A stretch of 64,000 nucleotides of DNA from an uncultured Verrucomicrobiae bacterium. Its GTDB lineage: Bacteria > Verrucomicrobiota > Verrucomicrobiia > Chthoniobacterales > JAFAMB01. Positions 27,312-38,229 of the stretch are shown here, piece after piece. The stretch's first letter is position 1; the number at the start of each line of letters is the position of its first letter. Under the pieces are notes generated by a model, which saw only the letters and a program-made list of their open reading frames with translations, had not been told where the DNA came from and did no database searches. The DNA is taken from positions 640,001-704,000 of the forward strand of contig CAWEXO010000013.1 in assembly GCA_963813025.1 (NCBI GenBank), given 5' to 3'. A program made the translations under genes and the position numbers.

Positions 27312-29030
27312 TCACGATAGCGTCTTTGGGTTCCGCGCAACGTTTCTGGCCTGATAGGCTTCGAGACATTCTCGCAAAGTGTCGAAGAGGCGGTTAGTGC
27401 CAATCAGTTCGCTTAGTCTTTGACGATCCAGTTCTCTGCGCAGATCGGCGTTAACGTGGGCTAACACCAGAGAGACACTCCTCGCCGCCAATTCCCGCTG
27501 GAGTTCCTTGAGAGTGCTGCCGGCGGAATAGTCGATTGCCGTAATCGCCCCGGCATCCAGGACAAGCCAATCGACAGCCTGCACCGGTGTTACCAAGGCC
27601 AGCACCTGGTCGGCAAAATAATTTGCGTTCGCGTAATAAAGGTCGGCACCGAACCAATAGACCACCAGCCCCGGCTCAACCAGCTTACCCGGTTCCGCGT
27701 TGACCATACGCCAGTGGTCATCCGGATCCCGCAGCAGCACAGCTGTGTGCGGCCGGTAACCGTGGCGCACGTGATCCAGCAGCGACAGCACGATCGCCAG
27801 GAGAATGCCTTCTTTCACTCCGACGAGCACCACGGTGGCCATCGTAATTATTGCCAGGCGGAATTCCGCAATGCTCTTTTGCCGGATCGCCGCGAGCCCG
27901 CGATAGTCGATCAATTTGATGCCAATCAGAAACACGATAGCAGCAAGCGCCGCATTGGGCAGGTGGCTTAGTGGCCCGGTCAGGAATAGCAACACTGACA
28001 ACACCATTGTCGCGGTGACGAGGTGCGACAACTGGCTGCGACCTCCCGCGTCGTCTACGATGGCGGTTTTGGTTGGGCTGCCATTCACGACAAAAGTGCC
28101 GCTGCAGGCTGCAGCAGCATTGGCGAGCGCCAAGCCCGTCAGGTCCACGTCTTCCGCGAAACGCTCGCGGTAACGCAGCGCATACGCCCGGGAGGTGGCA
28201 GCGCTCTGAGCCAGGATTACGATGAAACAGGACACTGAGACCGAAAGGACCATAGGAATATCGCCCCACGAAACATCCGGCAGACCCAAGCGAGGCAAAC
28301 CACTCGGCACTTCACCGACAAGCTTGATCCCACTTTTTTCCAGGTGGAAAGCGATTGTTGCCGCGATCATTCCCACCACAGCGACCAGCGCGCCGGGAAA
28401 ATGGGCGGCGATCCGATCGCAGCCAGCGACCACCCCCAGGACGGACAAAGAGATGATCACACTGGGCAAATGAGTTGCAGAGAGGTGCTGAAGCAGAAAG
28501 AGCATGTTCCCGAAGAACCCATGTCCTCCCTTTTCCAGACCGAGCATCCCGGGTATCTGGCCGACGGCAACCTGAATACCGACGCCGCTCAAGAAACCTA
28601 CCAGAACGGTGCGTGACAGGAAGTCGGCGAGGAAACCCAGCCGCAACAACCGGGCCATCAGCAGCATTCCGCCCGCGAGAAGGGCCACCAGTCCAGTGAG
28701 GGCGACGTATTTGGTGGTCGAGGGAGCGGCGAGTGAACCCAGAGCCGCAGCCACAATCACGGCTGTAGCCGAGTCCGCAGCGACGACGAGGTGGCGCGAC
28801 GATCCGAAGATGGCAAATGCCAGAATGGGCAACAACATCGTGTAAAGCCCCGTGACCACCGGTGTGTTGATGATCTTGGTGTAGCCCATCACTTCGGGAA
28901 TGCCCACCGCAGCAAGGGTGAGGCCAGCCAAGACGTCTGACAGAATCCGCGATCGATCGAGAGGGAGAATACCTTGAAACACCGACAACGGTCGCTTGGT
29001 TAATTTGGTCTCTTGCTGGCTGGCTGACAT
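27312..29030 (-). CDS. SulP/SLC26 anion transporter with STAS domain
   Basis: DVLAGLTLA..IPEVMGY...GLY, FGSSRHL, GGRSQL, STAS LYYANA...LDAGAITAIDYSA. Confidence 0.93.
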   Translation of the reverse strand: MSASQQETKLTKRPLSVFQGILPLDRSRILSDVLAGLTLAAVGIPEVMGYTKIINTPVVTGLYTMLLPILAFAIFGSSRHLVVAADSATAVIVAAALGSLAAPSTTKYVALTGLVALLAGGMLLMARLLRLGFLADFLSRTVLVGFLSGVGIQVAVGQIPGMLGLEKGGHGFFGNMLFLLQHLSATHLPSVIISLSVLGVVAGCDRIAAHFPGALVAVVGMIAATIAFHLEKSGIKLVGEVPSGLPRLGLPDVSWGDIPMVLSVSVSCFIVILAQSAATSRAYALRYRERFAEDVDLTGLALANAAAACSGTFVVNGSPTKTAIVDDAGGRSQLSHLVTATMVLSVLLFLTGPLSHLPNAALAAIVFLIGIKLIDYRGLAAIRQKSIAEFRLAIITMATVVLVGVKEGILLAIVLSLLDHVRHGYRPHTAVLLRDPDDHWRMVNAEPGKLVEPGLVVYWFGADLYYANANYFADQVLALVTPVQAVDWLVLDAGAITAIDYSAGSTLKELQRELAARSVSLVLAHVNADLRRELDRQRLSELIGTNRLFDTLRECLEAYQARNVARNPKTLS

Positions 29031-29146
29031 ACCAACACGGGATCTTTCTTGGTTTGTCTCCTTTCTGGCGTATGACGCAGGACCGGCTTTAGCGTCAATA
29101 ACCGAGTGAAAGAGCCGCGCAGCAGACCTTCGATCTCCCGCCAGTT

Positions 29147-29623
29147 ATGAATGACCGCCTCAAGCTCATTTCCGGAAAACAGTCCTTGGTGCTTGATCCG
29201 ACCGATGGTCAGGAAACGATTGCCCGAGCTACAGACGTCTTCAGATACATTGATGCGAATTTCGAGCATTGGAATTGCGATCTGGCAGCGCCGGCTGCGG
29301 AAGAAACCCTAGTACAAGTCTACGAAATGGTCAGAGATAGCACCTTTCAGGAAATGTTTGGTGGTTTCGCCGTGGCGGTCGATCGTCTCGCCCTCACGCA
29401 AGCGCAGATTAAGCAATTCGTGAAGCGCTATCCCGACTGGCTGAAAAAAGGCGGTAACGGCACCTTTTTCCTGTTCAAGGCCGGTGACGAATTTTTCGTC
29501 GCCGCAGTGTATCTGTTCTTTGATGGACGTCTTGGTGCGCGCGTGCGACGCCTTACTCTCGGGCGCGTTTTCCGGGCTGAGAAGCTTCATCGGCTGGTGC
29601 TAAAATCACGTGGACTGAGGTAG
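29147..29623 (+). CDS. Hypothetical protein
   Basis: 158-aa ORF divergent from SulP with protein-like composition (VYEM...TF..MF...LTQAQI..FV...W....G.GTFFLFK...FFVA.V). Confidence 0.65.
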   Translation: MNDRLKLISGKQSLVLDPTDGQETIARATDVFRYIDANFEHWNCDLAAPAAEETLVQVYEMVRDSTFQEMFGGFAVAVDRLALTQAQIKQFVKRYPDWLKKGGNGTFFLFKAGDEFFVAAVYLFFDGRLGARVRRLTLGRVFRAEKLHRLVLKSRGLR

Positions 29624-29645
29624 GACTAAGAAGCCGATCGCAATG

Positions 29646-30762
29646 CTAGTGCATTGTAGCATTGACTTCTGATATGATGATCTGCTAGCAAAAAGGAGTG
29701 TTAAAACGATTGGTTCTTTCTCCGCCAGAACGTCGACGACTTAGGCAGCGGGTCCGATCCCGTAGCGGGCGAGCAGAGGAGGCGCAGCGAGCCAAGATTG
29801 TCCTCTTGATTGCTAGCGGCAGATCGCAATGGGCGGTAAGTCGGCAACTGGGATGCAGCATCAACACCGTGCGACTTTGGCTGAAGCGCTTTATGGAGGA
29901 ACGTTTGGCAGGTCTTTTCAGTCGTCATCGTGGCAAGGTAGCCAGCCAACAGAGCGCCAAGCTCGAAGCTCAGATTTTGGCCGCGGCCCGACATAAACCC
30001 ACGGATGGCTCGACGCACTGGAGTACTCGGAAGTTGGCGGCCGAACTTGGCACCAACCATACCCGAGTCGCCCGTGTTCTGGCCAAAGCCGGACTGCAGC
30101 CGCACCGCCTGCGCCGCTACATGGCCAGCGACGACCCGGATTTTGAAACCAAGGCTGCTGATATCATTGGTTTGTATCTGAAGCCTCCGGTCAATGCCGC
30201 AGTTTTCTGCGTCGACGAAAAGAGCGCCATCCAAGCGCTGGACCGGCTCGATCCAGTGTTGCCGCTCTCGCCCGGAAGAGCCGAGCGGCACGGTTTTGAG
30301 TACTACCGTCACGGCACGCTTTCGCTCTACGCAGCGCTCAACACCAAAACCGGCCAGGTGCTGGGCCAAACTGCGCCTCGTCACACCAGTGCCGAGTTTG
30401 TTGCTTTTCTTGAACAGATCGTCGCCAGCTTTCCCGAGGGCCAGCAGATCCACATTATCGCAGATAATCTCTCGGCACATCGCACCTCCAGAGTCTGGCA
30501 GTTTATCGATCGTCATCGCCACGTGCGGATCCATTTTACACCGACCTATTCTTCATGGCTTAACCAAGTCGAGATCTGGTTTTCCAAGATCCAACGCGAC
30601 GTCATCGCCCGCGGAATCTTCCGTTCGGTCAAAGACTTGGCTAAAAAACTCATGACCTATATCCGACGCTATAACATAAAGGCCAAACCCTTTAAGTGGA
30701 CCTACCGATCAGCAGAGCGTCGTATCAATCCCGTATCAGGTTTAAACGCTACGCCGCACTAG
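29646..30762 (+). mobile_element. IS630-family insertion sequence, apparently intact
   Basis: IRs CTAGTGCATTGTAGCATTGACTTCTGATA and (reverse complement) CTAGTGCGGCGTAGCGTTTAAACCTGATA. CTAG (TA target) at both ends. Confidence 0.93.
29698..30762 (+). CDS. IS630 transposase
   Basis: HTH, THWSTRKLA, CVDEK, EYYRHGT, IADNLSAH, TPTYSSWLNQVEIWF. The stop codon is supplied by the right end. Confidence 0.95.
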   Translation: MLKRLVLSPPERRRLRQRVRSRSGRAEEAQRAKIVLLIASGRSQWAVSRQLGCSINTVRLWLKRFMEERLAGLFSRHRGKVASQQSAKLEAQILAAARHKPTDGSTHWSTRKLAAELGTNHTRVARVLAKAGLQPHRLRRYMASDDPDFETKAADIIGLYLKPPVNAAVFCVDEKSAIQALDRLDPVLPLSPGRAERHGFEYYRHGTLSLYAALNTKTGQVLGQTAPRHTSAEFVAFLEQIVASFPEGQQIHIIADNLSAHRTSRVWQFIDRHRHVRIHFTPTYSSWLNQVEIWFSKIQRDVIARGIFRSVKDLAKKLMTYIRRYNIKAKPFKWTYRSAERRINPVSGLNATPH

Positions 30763-30980
30763 GACATGGAAATATGTAAGTCGAGCGCTTCACCCGTGAC
30801 CTGCCAGAAGTCGACGTACTTTCCTGTTAGACTGCGCAACCAAGTGTACTGTAGCTGTTTCGTCTGCCACGTCTGCGCCAGTTGCTCCCATTTAGCGGGT
30901 AACATCTCTTGGGCTCGCTGGGCCGCGCTATTAACGTCACAGAGGGTACCGTAGCATCGAAAACAAACGCCCGAACACCG
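30763..30980 (-). pseudogene. Type II haloacid dehalogenase N-terminal remnant ending at the IS630
   Basis: VRAFVF/..YGTLCDVNSA...W.TKQLQYTWLRSL.GKYVDFWQVT.EALD, with a frameshift in the FDAYGT motif. Confidence 0.75.
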
Positions 30981-31158
30981 GTAAGATGATGGTTCATCAC
31001 TCAAGTTAGGTTTTAAATGTGGAATCCACGTCCCGGTCACGTTCGAAATTGCCGTCCCTCTGATTCTCGCGCTACTGCGTGAAAATCGGGAATTGAAATA
31101 TGGTCTAATTTCAATCTGATTGCCCTTGCCTTCTGACGACATTCAGTAGACGCAGTGA

Positions 31159-33681
31159 ATGAAGTCATCCCAACAGCTTCTCAAACCAATGAAAGACAAT
31201 CCCGCTGACCCATCGAGCCTCCGCGGACTGCGTACCGGTCTTAGTGTTGAGGATATTAAGCAGTCATTTATTGATCATCTCTTCTACGGTCTTGGCCGCG
31301 TGCCAGCGGTCGCCACGCGCAACGATCTCTACACGGCTCTGGCACTCACGGTGCGCGACCGCGTGTTTCACCGCGGCGTGCGCACGGTGGAAAGTCACGA
31401 GGAAGAGCAAGCCCGAAGAGTCGCTTATCTCTCAGCGGAATACCTGCCCGGGCCCCATCTTGGGCTCAACTTGCTGGACCTCGGGATCACCGAGGAAACG
31501 CGGCAGGCGCTGTCCCAACTCGGCTACGATCTGGACGAGTTACTTGAGCAAGAGGACGAACCGGGTTTAGGCAACGGCGGTCTTGGTCGACTCGCCGCTT
31601 GCTACATGGATTCGTGCGCCTCACTGCAGATACCGGCCATCGGTTACGGTATCCGCTACGAATTCGGAATTTTCGAGCAGACGATCCGCGACGGTTGGCA
31701 AGAGGAACGGACCGACAAATGGCTTCGGTTTGGCAATCCTTGGGAGGTTGTTCGCCCCGAAATTTACTATGCTGTGCAATTCGGGGGCCACACGGAAACT
31801 TGGCAGGACGCTAAGGGTCATCATCGGGTGCGCTGGGTGCCGGACAATGTGGTCAAGGGTGAAGCCTACGATACTCCGATTCTCGGCTATCGTGTGGGTA
31901 CCGCAAATCTTCTGCGTCTCTGGAAGGCGGAAGCGGTTGAGTCGTTTAATTTCGCAGCTTACAACCAGGGCGATTACTATCGGGCGGTAGAGGATAAGAT
32001 GAGTTCCGAGAATATCACCAAGGTGCTCTACCCGAATGACGAGCTTGTCCAAGGCAAGATCCTCCGGCTGCAACAGCAGTTCTTTTTTGTCTCCTGTTCT
32101 CTGCAGGACTTGTTGCGGGTGCACCAGGTGCGCGGTGGCCGGCCAGACAATTTCCACGAAAAGAATGCCGTTCAGCTCAACGATACGCATCCGGCCGTGG
32201 CGGTGGCGGAACTGATGCGTCTGTTGCTCGATGAACATGAACTCGATTGGGACACTGCTTGGAAGGTGACCAGCCAAGCAATAGCCTACACCAACCACAC
32301 TCTGCTCCCGGAAGCTTTGGAGAAATGGCCAGTCGAACTCTTCGGTCGCGTGCTTCCACGACACCTGGAAATCGTTTACGAAATCAACCAGCGTTTCCTT
32401 CGCGAGGTGCGCGCCAAGTTTCCTGGCGATCAAGAACGGCTTGCCCGGATGTCGCTGATCGATGAAAGCGGACAGCGCTTTGTCCGCATGGCGAACCTGG
32501 CAACGGTCGCCGCCTGCCGGGTGAACGGAGTCGCCCAGCTCCATTCAAACCTTCTCAAGAAAACCGTTCTCGCCGATTTCGCTGAGCTTTGGCCGGAAAA
32601 ATTCTGTAATGTAACCAACGGAGTTAATCCGCGTCGTTTTGTCGGGGTCGGGAATCCAGCTCTCACTCAACTGATCACGGATCGCATCGGGGACGGCTGG
32701 TTGTATGAACTTTGTGAACTGCGCAAGCTGGAACCTTTTGCCGAGGACGCGGATTTCCAGAGCCGTTGGCGAGATACTAAATTCGGCGATAAGCAAAAGT
32801 TCGCAGGGCTGATCAAGGCGAGCACCGGGATCGAGGTCAATCCGCAGTCGATGTTCGATATCCTGGTGAAACGCATCCATGAGTACAAACGGCAGCACCT
32901 GTGCGTCCTGCATATCCTGACGCTTTACTTGCGGCTTAAAAATAATCCACAAGCCGATTTTCCGCTCCGGACGTTCGTCATCGGGGGGAAGGCGGCGCCT
33001 GGCTATTTCATGGCGAAGCTGATTATTAAGCTGGTCAACGCAGTTTCTGCCTTCATCGAAAAAGATACCGCTGCCAAGGATCGGCTAAAGGTAGTTTTCT
33101 TTCCCGGCTTTAATGTCAAGACAGCACAGCATATTTATCCGGCTGCTGATCTTTCTGAACAAATTTCGACGGCCGGAAAAGAGGCATCCGGTACCGGAAA
33201 CATGAAGTTCGCCCTGAACGGTGCGCTGACGATCGGAACGCTTGATGGCGCGAATGTCGAGATTCGTGAGGAAGTAGGTGCCGAAAATTTTTTCTTGTTT
33301 GGCCTCACCGTCGAACAGGTGATGGAACTGCGATCGCACGGCTACCGGCCGCGCGATTATTACGACCAGAATTCAACATTGCGCGAAGTGCTTGACTTAA
33401 TCGCCTCTGGTGTGCTGAGCGGGGGCGACAAGGAACTTTTCCGGCCGATTGTCGACAATCTGCTCTGGCACGATCCATTTTTCCTGCTCGCCGATTATCA
33501 GGCCTATATCGACTGCCAGGACCAGGTGAATGCCCTTTGGGCTGATCAGTCGAATTGGACGCGCAAATCGATCCTGAACGTCGCGCGAATGGGCAAGTTT
33601 TCCGCGGACCGCTCAATCGACGATTACTGCGAGCAGATCTGGAAGGTGAAACCGGTTCACGTCCAGATGGATCAGCGCTAA
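31159..33681 (+). CDS. glgP: Glycogen/starch phosphorylase
   Basis: GLGNGGLGRLAACYMDS, QLNDTHP, YTNHTLLPEALE, KRIHEYKRQ, PLP site EASGTGNMKF. Confidence 0.98.
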   Translation: MKSSQQLLKPMKDNPADPSSLRGLRTGLSVEDIKQSFIDHLFYGLGRVPAVATRNDLYTALALTVRDRVFHRGVRTVESHEEEQARRVAYLSAEYLPGPHLGLNLLDLGITEETRQALSQLGYDLDELLEQEDEPGLGNGGLGRLAACYMDSCASLQIPAIGYGIRYEFGIFEQTIRDGWQEERTDKWLRFGNPWEVVRPEIYYAVQFGGHTETWQDAKGHHRVRWVPDNVVKGEAYDTPILGYRVGTANLLRLWKAEAVESFNFAAYNQGDYYRAVEDKMSSENITKVLYPNDELVQGKILRLQQQFFFVSCSLQDLLRVHQVRGGRPDNFHEKNAVQLNDTHPAVAVAELMRLLLDEHELDWDTAWKVTSQAIAYTNHTLLPEALEKWPVELFGRVLPRHLEIVYEINQRFLREVRAKFPGDQERLARMSLIDESGQRFVRMANLATVAACRVNGVAQLHSNLLKKTVLADFAELWPEKFCNVTNGVNPRRFVGVGNPALTQLITDRIGDGWLYELCELRKLEPFAEDADFQSRWRDTKFGDKQKFAGLIKASTGIEVNPQSMFDILVKRIHEYKRQHLCVLHILTLYLRLKNNPQADFPLRTFVIGGKAAPGYFMAKLIIKLVNAVSAFIEKDTAAKDRLKVVFFPGFNVKTAQHIYPAADLSEQISTAGKEASGTGNMKFALNGALTIGTLDGANVEIREEVGAENFFLFGLTVEQVMELRSHGYRPRDYYDQNSTLREVLDLIASGVLSGGDKELFRPIVDNLLWHDPFFLLADYQAYIDCQDQVNALWADQSNWTRKSILNVARMGKFSADRSIDDYCEQIWKVKPVHVQMDQR

Positions 33682-33741
33682 AATAGCCCAATCCCAAAAC
33701 TGTCGAACCCCGAAGCGATTTGGTGAAGGGGAGGCGAACGA

Positions 33742-35897
33742 ATGTTTAGACGCGTCTGGCCTGGCCAACCTTATCCCTTGGGTGCGACCTGGGATGGAAT
33801 GGGGGTGAACTTTGCTCTGTTCTCGGAGAATGCGACCAAGGTGGAGCTTTGCCTCTTTGATTCCGCTGACGCCCAAGTCGAGACTATACGGATTGATTTG
33901 CCGTCGGTGACTAACCAGGTCTGGCACTGCTACCTTCCCGATACCAAGCCTGGGCAACTCTATGGTTATCGGGTGCATGGTCCGAATGCACCGCAGGAAG
34001 GTCATCGATTTAATCCCCATAAAATCCTGCTCGATCCCTATGCAAAAGCGATTGGCCGCGACCTGCAATGGAACGATGCCGTATATGGGTTTCCGCGCGG
34101 CTCGGCTGATGCCGGCGGCTTTGATGAACGGGACAGCGCTCCGTTCGCCCCGTTGGCGAGCGTCGCCGACGAAGCTTTCAGTTGGGGCGACGATCATCCA
34201 CTGCGGGGATACCCTGGCATAAGACCACTGTCTACGAGACCCACGTGAAAGGCTTTACGCGTCGACACCCGGATGTGCCAGAAGAGCTGCGCGGCACCTA
34301 TGCTGGGATGGCCTCTCCGGCGGTGATTCAATATCTTCGCGATCTAGGGGTAACGACCGTCGAGCTGTTGCCCATTCACTACCATATCGATGAGCAGTTT
34401 CTTGTAGACAAAGGACTGGTGAACTACTGGGGATATAACACCCTTGGGTATTTCGCGCCCGATCCGCGGTACGGCGCCACCGGATCGCTGCGGGCCGCGC
34501 AGGAATTCAAGTCGATGGTCCGGACTCTCCATTACGAGGGGCTGGAAATCATTCTTGATGTTGTCTACAATCATACGGCCGAGGGAAATTATGAGGGTCC
34601 CACGTTGTCAATGCGCGGCATCGATAACGCCTCTTATTATCGTCTGGCGGACGACCGTCGACATTACATCGATTTTACTGGTTGCGGCAATACGCTCAAT
34701 GTGGGGAATCCGCATGCGCTGCAGCTCATCATGGATAGTCTGCGCTACTGGCTGCTGGAGATGCATGTCGACGGCTTCCGGTTTGACTTGGCGACCGCCT
34801 TGGCTCGTGACGTTTGGCATGTCGATCGCCTGGCCGCTTTCTTTGACATCATTCATCAGGACCCGGTGATTTCGCAGACGAAGCTGATGGCAGAGCCCTG
34901 GGATCTCGGTCCCAACGGCTATCAGGTTGGCAACTTCCCAGTGCTGTGGACGGAATGGAACGGGAAGTATCGCGATTGCATCAGACGCTTTTGGAAAGGC
35001 GATGGCGGCAAGATTGGAGAGCTGGCCAGCCGCCTATCCGGCAGCAGCGATCTTTACGAACATAATGGTCGCCGCCCCAGCGCGAGCCTGAATTTTATAA
35101 CTTGCCACGATGGCTTCACCCTCCGCGATCTCGTCAGCTACAATCAGAAACATAATGAAGCTAACGGCGAACAGAATCGTGATGGCAACAATAACAATAT
35201 GAGTTGGAACTGCGGAGTCGAAGGACCGACTACCAACCCAACGATCAATGCATTGCGGCAGCGGCAGCAGCGGAACTTTCTCGCCACTCTGTTTTTGTCC
35301 CAAGGTGTACCCATGCTCCTCGCCGGAGACGAATTTGGTCACACGCAAAACGGTAACAACAATGCATATTGTCAGGATTCCGAGCTCTCCTGGATCAACT
35401 GGGAACTTTCTGCCGAGCAAAAGGATCTATTCGAATTTGTGCGGAAGCTCATTTGTCTGCGCAAAGAAAATCCAGTCTTTCGTCGCCGGCATTTTTTCCA
35501 AGGCAGGCCGATTCACGGTCTTGACGTCAAGGATCTCTATTGGCTTACACCGAATGGAACCGAGATGGGAGATGCCGACTGGAACAAAGGACACGCTCGC
35601 TGCCTAGGCATGGGCTTGATGGGCAAGCAAATAGACGAAACGGACGCGCACGGTCAGCGTATCGTGGGCGAATCTTTCCTCGTTCTTTTCAATGCGGAGG
35701 ACGACTTAGTGACGTTCCGCCTTGGTGGACGCGCCGGCGGGCTGGATTGGGACCTTGTCCTAGACACCGCGGACCCCGACGTAAAGATCCACCGCCTGCA
35801 GCATCTCAACGAATACGCGTTACAAGGCCGCTCGGTCGTGGTCTTACGTCTCAATCTAGCGGACGGCGCCCCCGCCCATTCAGAAGTTGGCACATGA
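33742..35897 (+). CDS. glgX: Glycogen debranching enzyme, one frameshift near 34205
   Basis: PYPLGATWDG.GVNFALFS, NYWGYN, DVVYNHT, DGFRFDLA, AEPWD, CHDGFTL across two ORFs. Confidence 0.95.
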
Positions 35898-37153
35898 AGA
35901 TAAATAGTCTCGGCGAAGCCCGATTTCCTTCCCCTTTGTGGTACTCGGTTAGCGATGAGACCCGGCTCCCCGCGGAGATTGTTCGCGACCCAGGTGCTCT
36001 CGAGAGCGATGAAACGTCATTCGAGATCGCCGGACCTCGAGCAAAGTTATTTTTCGATCCAGGCCAGACCCGTGCGGGCATCGTGACTTGTGGCGGCTTA
36101 TGTCCTGGCCTGAACAACGTGATCCGGACGCTCTTTTTTGAACTCCGCCAAACCTATGGGGTGGCCGAAGTTTTAGGATTCCGGGGCGGTTATCAAGGCC
36201 TCGATCCGGTGCACGGGGCGGAGCCGTTCGTGCTGACGCGTGATTTTGTTGATCCGATTCATCATCATGGCGGCACGATCCTGGGCACTTCGCGCGGTCC
36301 GGTCGATATGGCGGTAGCGGTGGACAATCTTATCCGGCGGAAAGTGGATGTCCTGTTCACCATTGGCGGCGACGGCACCCAGCGCGGCGGCCACGAACTC
36401 TTTCAGCAATCCAGACAACGGGGCCACGCGCTCTCGGTGGTGGGCATTCCAAAAACGATCGACAACGATGTCGCGTTTGTGGAGCGCACTTTCGGCTATT
36501 TGACCGCCGTTGAGGAAGCGGTCAGGGTCCTTGACTGCGCCCATACTGAGGCACGCAGCGTTCACAACGGGATAGCTCTTGTAAAACTGATGGGCCGACA
36601 TGCGGGATTCATCGCGGCTGGAGCTACGGTAGCAAATCATGATGCGAATTTTACGCTGATCCCCGAGGTGCCTTTCAAGCTGGAGGGCAAGAATGGATTT
36701 CTTTCCGCGTTGAAAAAGCGCATTCTCGACCGGGCGCACGCGGTAGTTGTGGTGGCTGAAGGCGCCGGCCAGGAATTGCTTGAGGGCTCAACGGACCGGG
36801 ACGCGTCCGGAAACATCAAGTTGAAAGATATCGGGGTGTTCCTCCGCGGGCAGATCGAGACGTACTTCAGAGAGGCGAACATCCCGATCGTCATGCGGTA
36901 CTTCGATCCGAGCTATACGATTCGCAGCAGCCCGGCAAATGCGGCGGATTCGGTGCTCTGCGATTTTTATGCGCGCAACGCAGTACACGCCGCTATGGCT
37001 GGCAAGACGGGACTGGTCATCGGGTTGCTGCACGATTCCTATATACATATCCCAATCGAAATGCTCGCTAAGGAAAAAAAACATATCGATCCCAACGACA
37101 TCTGGTGGAACGCTGTTCTAGCGTCGACCGGCCAGCCCGCGCGCTTCGAATAG
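35894..37153 (+). CDS. pfkA: ATP-dependent 6-phosphofructokinase
   Basis: TCGGLCPGLN, GGTILGTSRG, GGDG, PKTIDND, MGR. ATGA overlap with the glgX stop. Confidence 0.93.
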   Translation: MKINSLGEARFPSPLWYSVSDETRLPAEIVRDPGALESDETSFEIAGPRAKLFFDPGQTRAGIVTCGGLCPGLNNVIRTLFFELRQTYGVAEVLGFRGGYQGLDPVHGAEPFVLTRDFVDPIHHHGGTILGTSRGPVDMAVAVDNLIRRKVDVLFTIGGDGTQRGGHELFQQSRQRGHALSVVGIPKTIDNDVAFVERTFGYLTAVEEAVRVLDCAHTEARSVHNGIALVKLMGRHAGFIAAGATVANHDANFTLIPEVPFKLEGKNGFLSALKKRILDRAHAVVVVAEGAGQELLEGSTDRDASGNIKLKDIGVFLRGQIETYFREANIPIVMRYFDPSYTIRSSPANAADSVLCDFYARNAVHAAMAGKTGLVIGLLHDSYIHIPIEMLAKEKKHIDPNDIWWNAVLASTGQPARFE

Positions 37154-37171
37154 CACAAGTCCTCGCCCCCT

Positions 37172-38161
37172 ATGAAAGTCAGCGTCTTCAGCACCAAACC
37201 TTACGACCGTCGTTTCCTGGAAGCAGCCAACACCGGGCATGCCTTCGAGTTTCACGATTTCCGGCTCGAACCCGATACGGCCAGCGCCGCGGCTGGTACC
37301 GAGGCGGTCTGTCCCTTTATCAATGACGATCTCTCAACGCCGACGCTCGAGAAATTGCACGCTCTTGGGATCAGACTGGTCGTTCTGCGCAGTTCGGGCT
37401 TCAACAATGTCAGCCTCGAGACTGCGACCAACCTCGGAATCAAGGTTCTGCGGGTTCCCGCCTACTCGCCCCACGCCGTAGCCGAGCACGCCCTTGCGCT
37501 CCTCATGACGCTCAACCGCAAGACCCATCGCGCCTACAATCGAGTGCGGGAGGGAAACTTTTCGCTCGAGGGCTTACTTGGCTTCGACATTAACGGCAAG
37601 ACGGTAGGTATCATCGGTACGGGCAAGATTGGGGTGCTTTTCGCTCACATACTCTCCGGCATGGGTTGCCGAGTGCTCGGGTTCGACCCCTTTGCTAATG
37701 ACGCGTTTCGTGAGGTCGGAGCATATGTTTCGCTGGATGATCTCTACGCATCCAGCGACATCATTAGCCTCCATTGCCCGCTTACCCCCGAAAGCCATCG
37801 GCTTATCAATCGGGAATCGCTCAAAAAGACCAAACGAGGTCTTGTTTTAATCAACACGAGCCGGGGCGCACTGGTAGACACCGAAGCGGCTATTGAAGCG
37901 CTCAAGAGCGGCCATCTAACGGCTCTGGGGCTCGATGTCTATGAAAAGGAAGAGGAACTGTTTTACGAGGATTTGTCTGACACAATCATTCAGGATGACG
38001 TGCTCCAGCTCCTGCTTTCCTTTCCCAATGTAATTGTCACTTCGCACCAGGCATTTTTTACCGACACCGCTCTTACCAACATTTCTCAGACAACAATACA
38101 GAACCTGGACGATTTTACAGCCGGCCGCCCTTCGCCAAACGAAGTGCACTTCAAGAAATAG
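37172..38161 (+). CDS. ldhA: Fermentative D-lactate dehydrogenase (2-hydroxyacid dehydrogenase)
   Basis: RVPAYSPHAVAEH, RAYNRVREGNFSLEGL.GF, GTGKIG, NTSRG, DVYE.E, HQAFFT. Confidence 0.92.
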   Translation: MKVSVFSTKPYDRRFLEAANTGHAFEFHDFRLEPDTASAAAGTEAVCPFINDDLSTPTLEKLHALGIRLVVLRSSGFNNVSLETATNLGIKVLRVPAYSPHAVAEHALALLMTLNRKTHRAYNRVREGNFSLEGLLGFDINGKTVGIIGTGKIGVLFAHILSGMGCRVLGFDPFANDAFREVGAYVSLDDLYASSDIISLHCPLTPESHRLINRESLKKTKRGLVLINTSRGALVDTEAAIEALKSGHLTALGLDVYEKEEELFYEDLSDTIIQDDVLQLLLSFPNVIVTSHQAFFTDTALTNISQTTIQNLDDFTAGRPSPNEVHFKK

Positions 38162-38229
38162 GTGAGACCCGAATCCGGTCTAGGCCAGCACGAACAAATT
38201 CTCGCCACGGAGCAGCGGCGGTTCGGATC

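Noticed and set aside
31621..32544. Long antisense ORFs here and opposite IS630, sdhA and the P-type ATPase
   Set aside because: Shadow frames expected opposite well-supported genes in GC-rich DNA.
35540..35893. N-terminal extension of Pfk in the ORF track
   Set aside because: Lies inside glgX; the ATGA overlap at 35894 is the plausible start.
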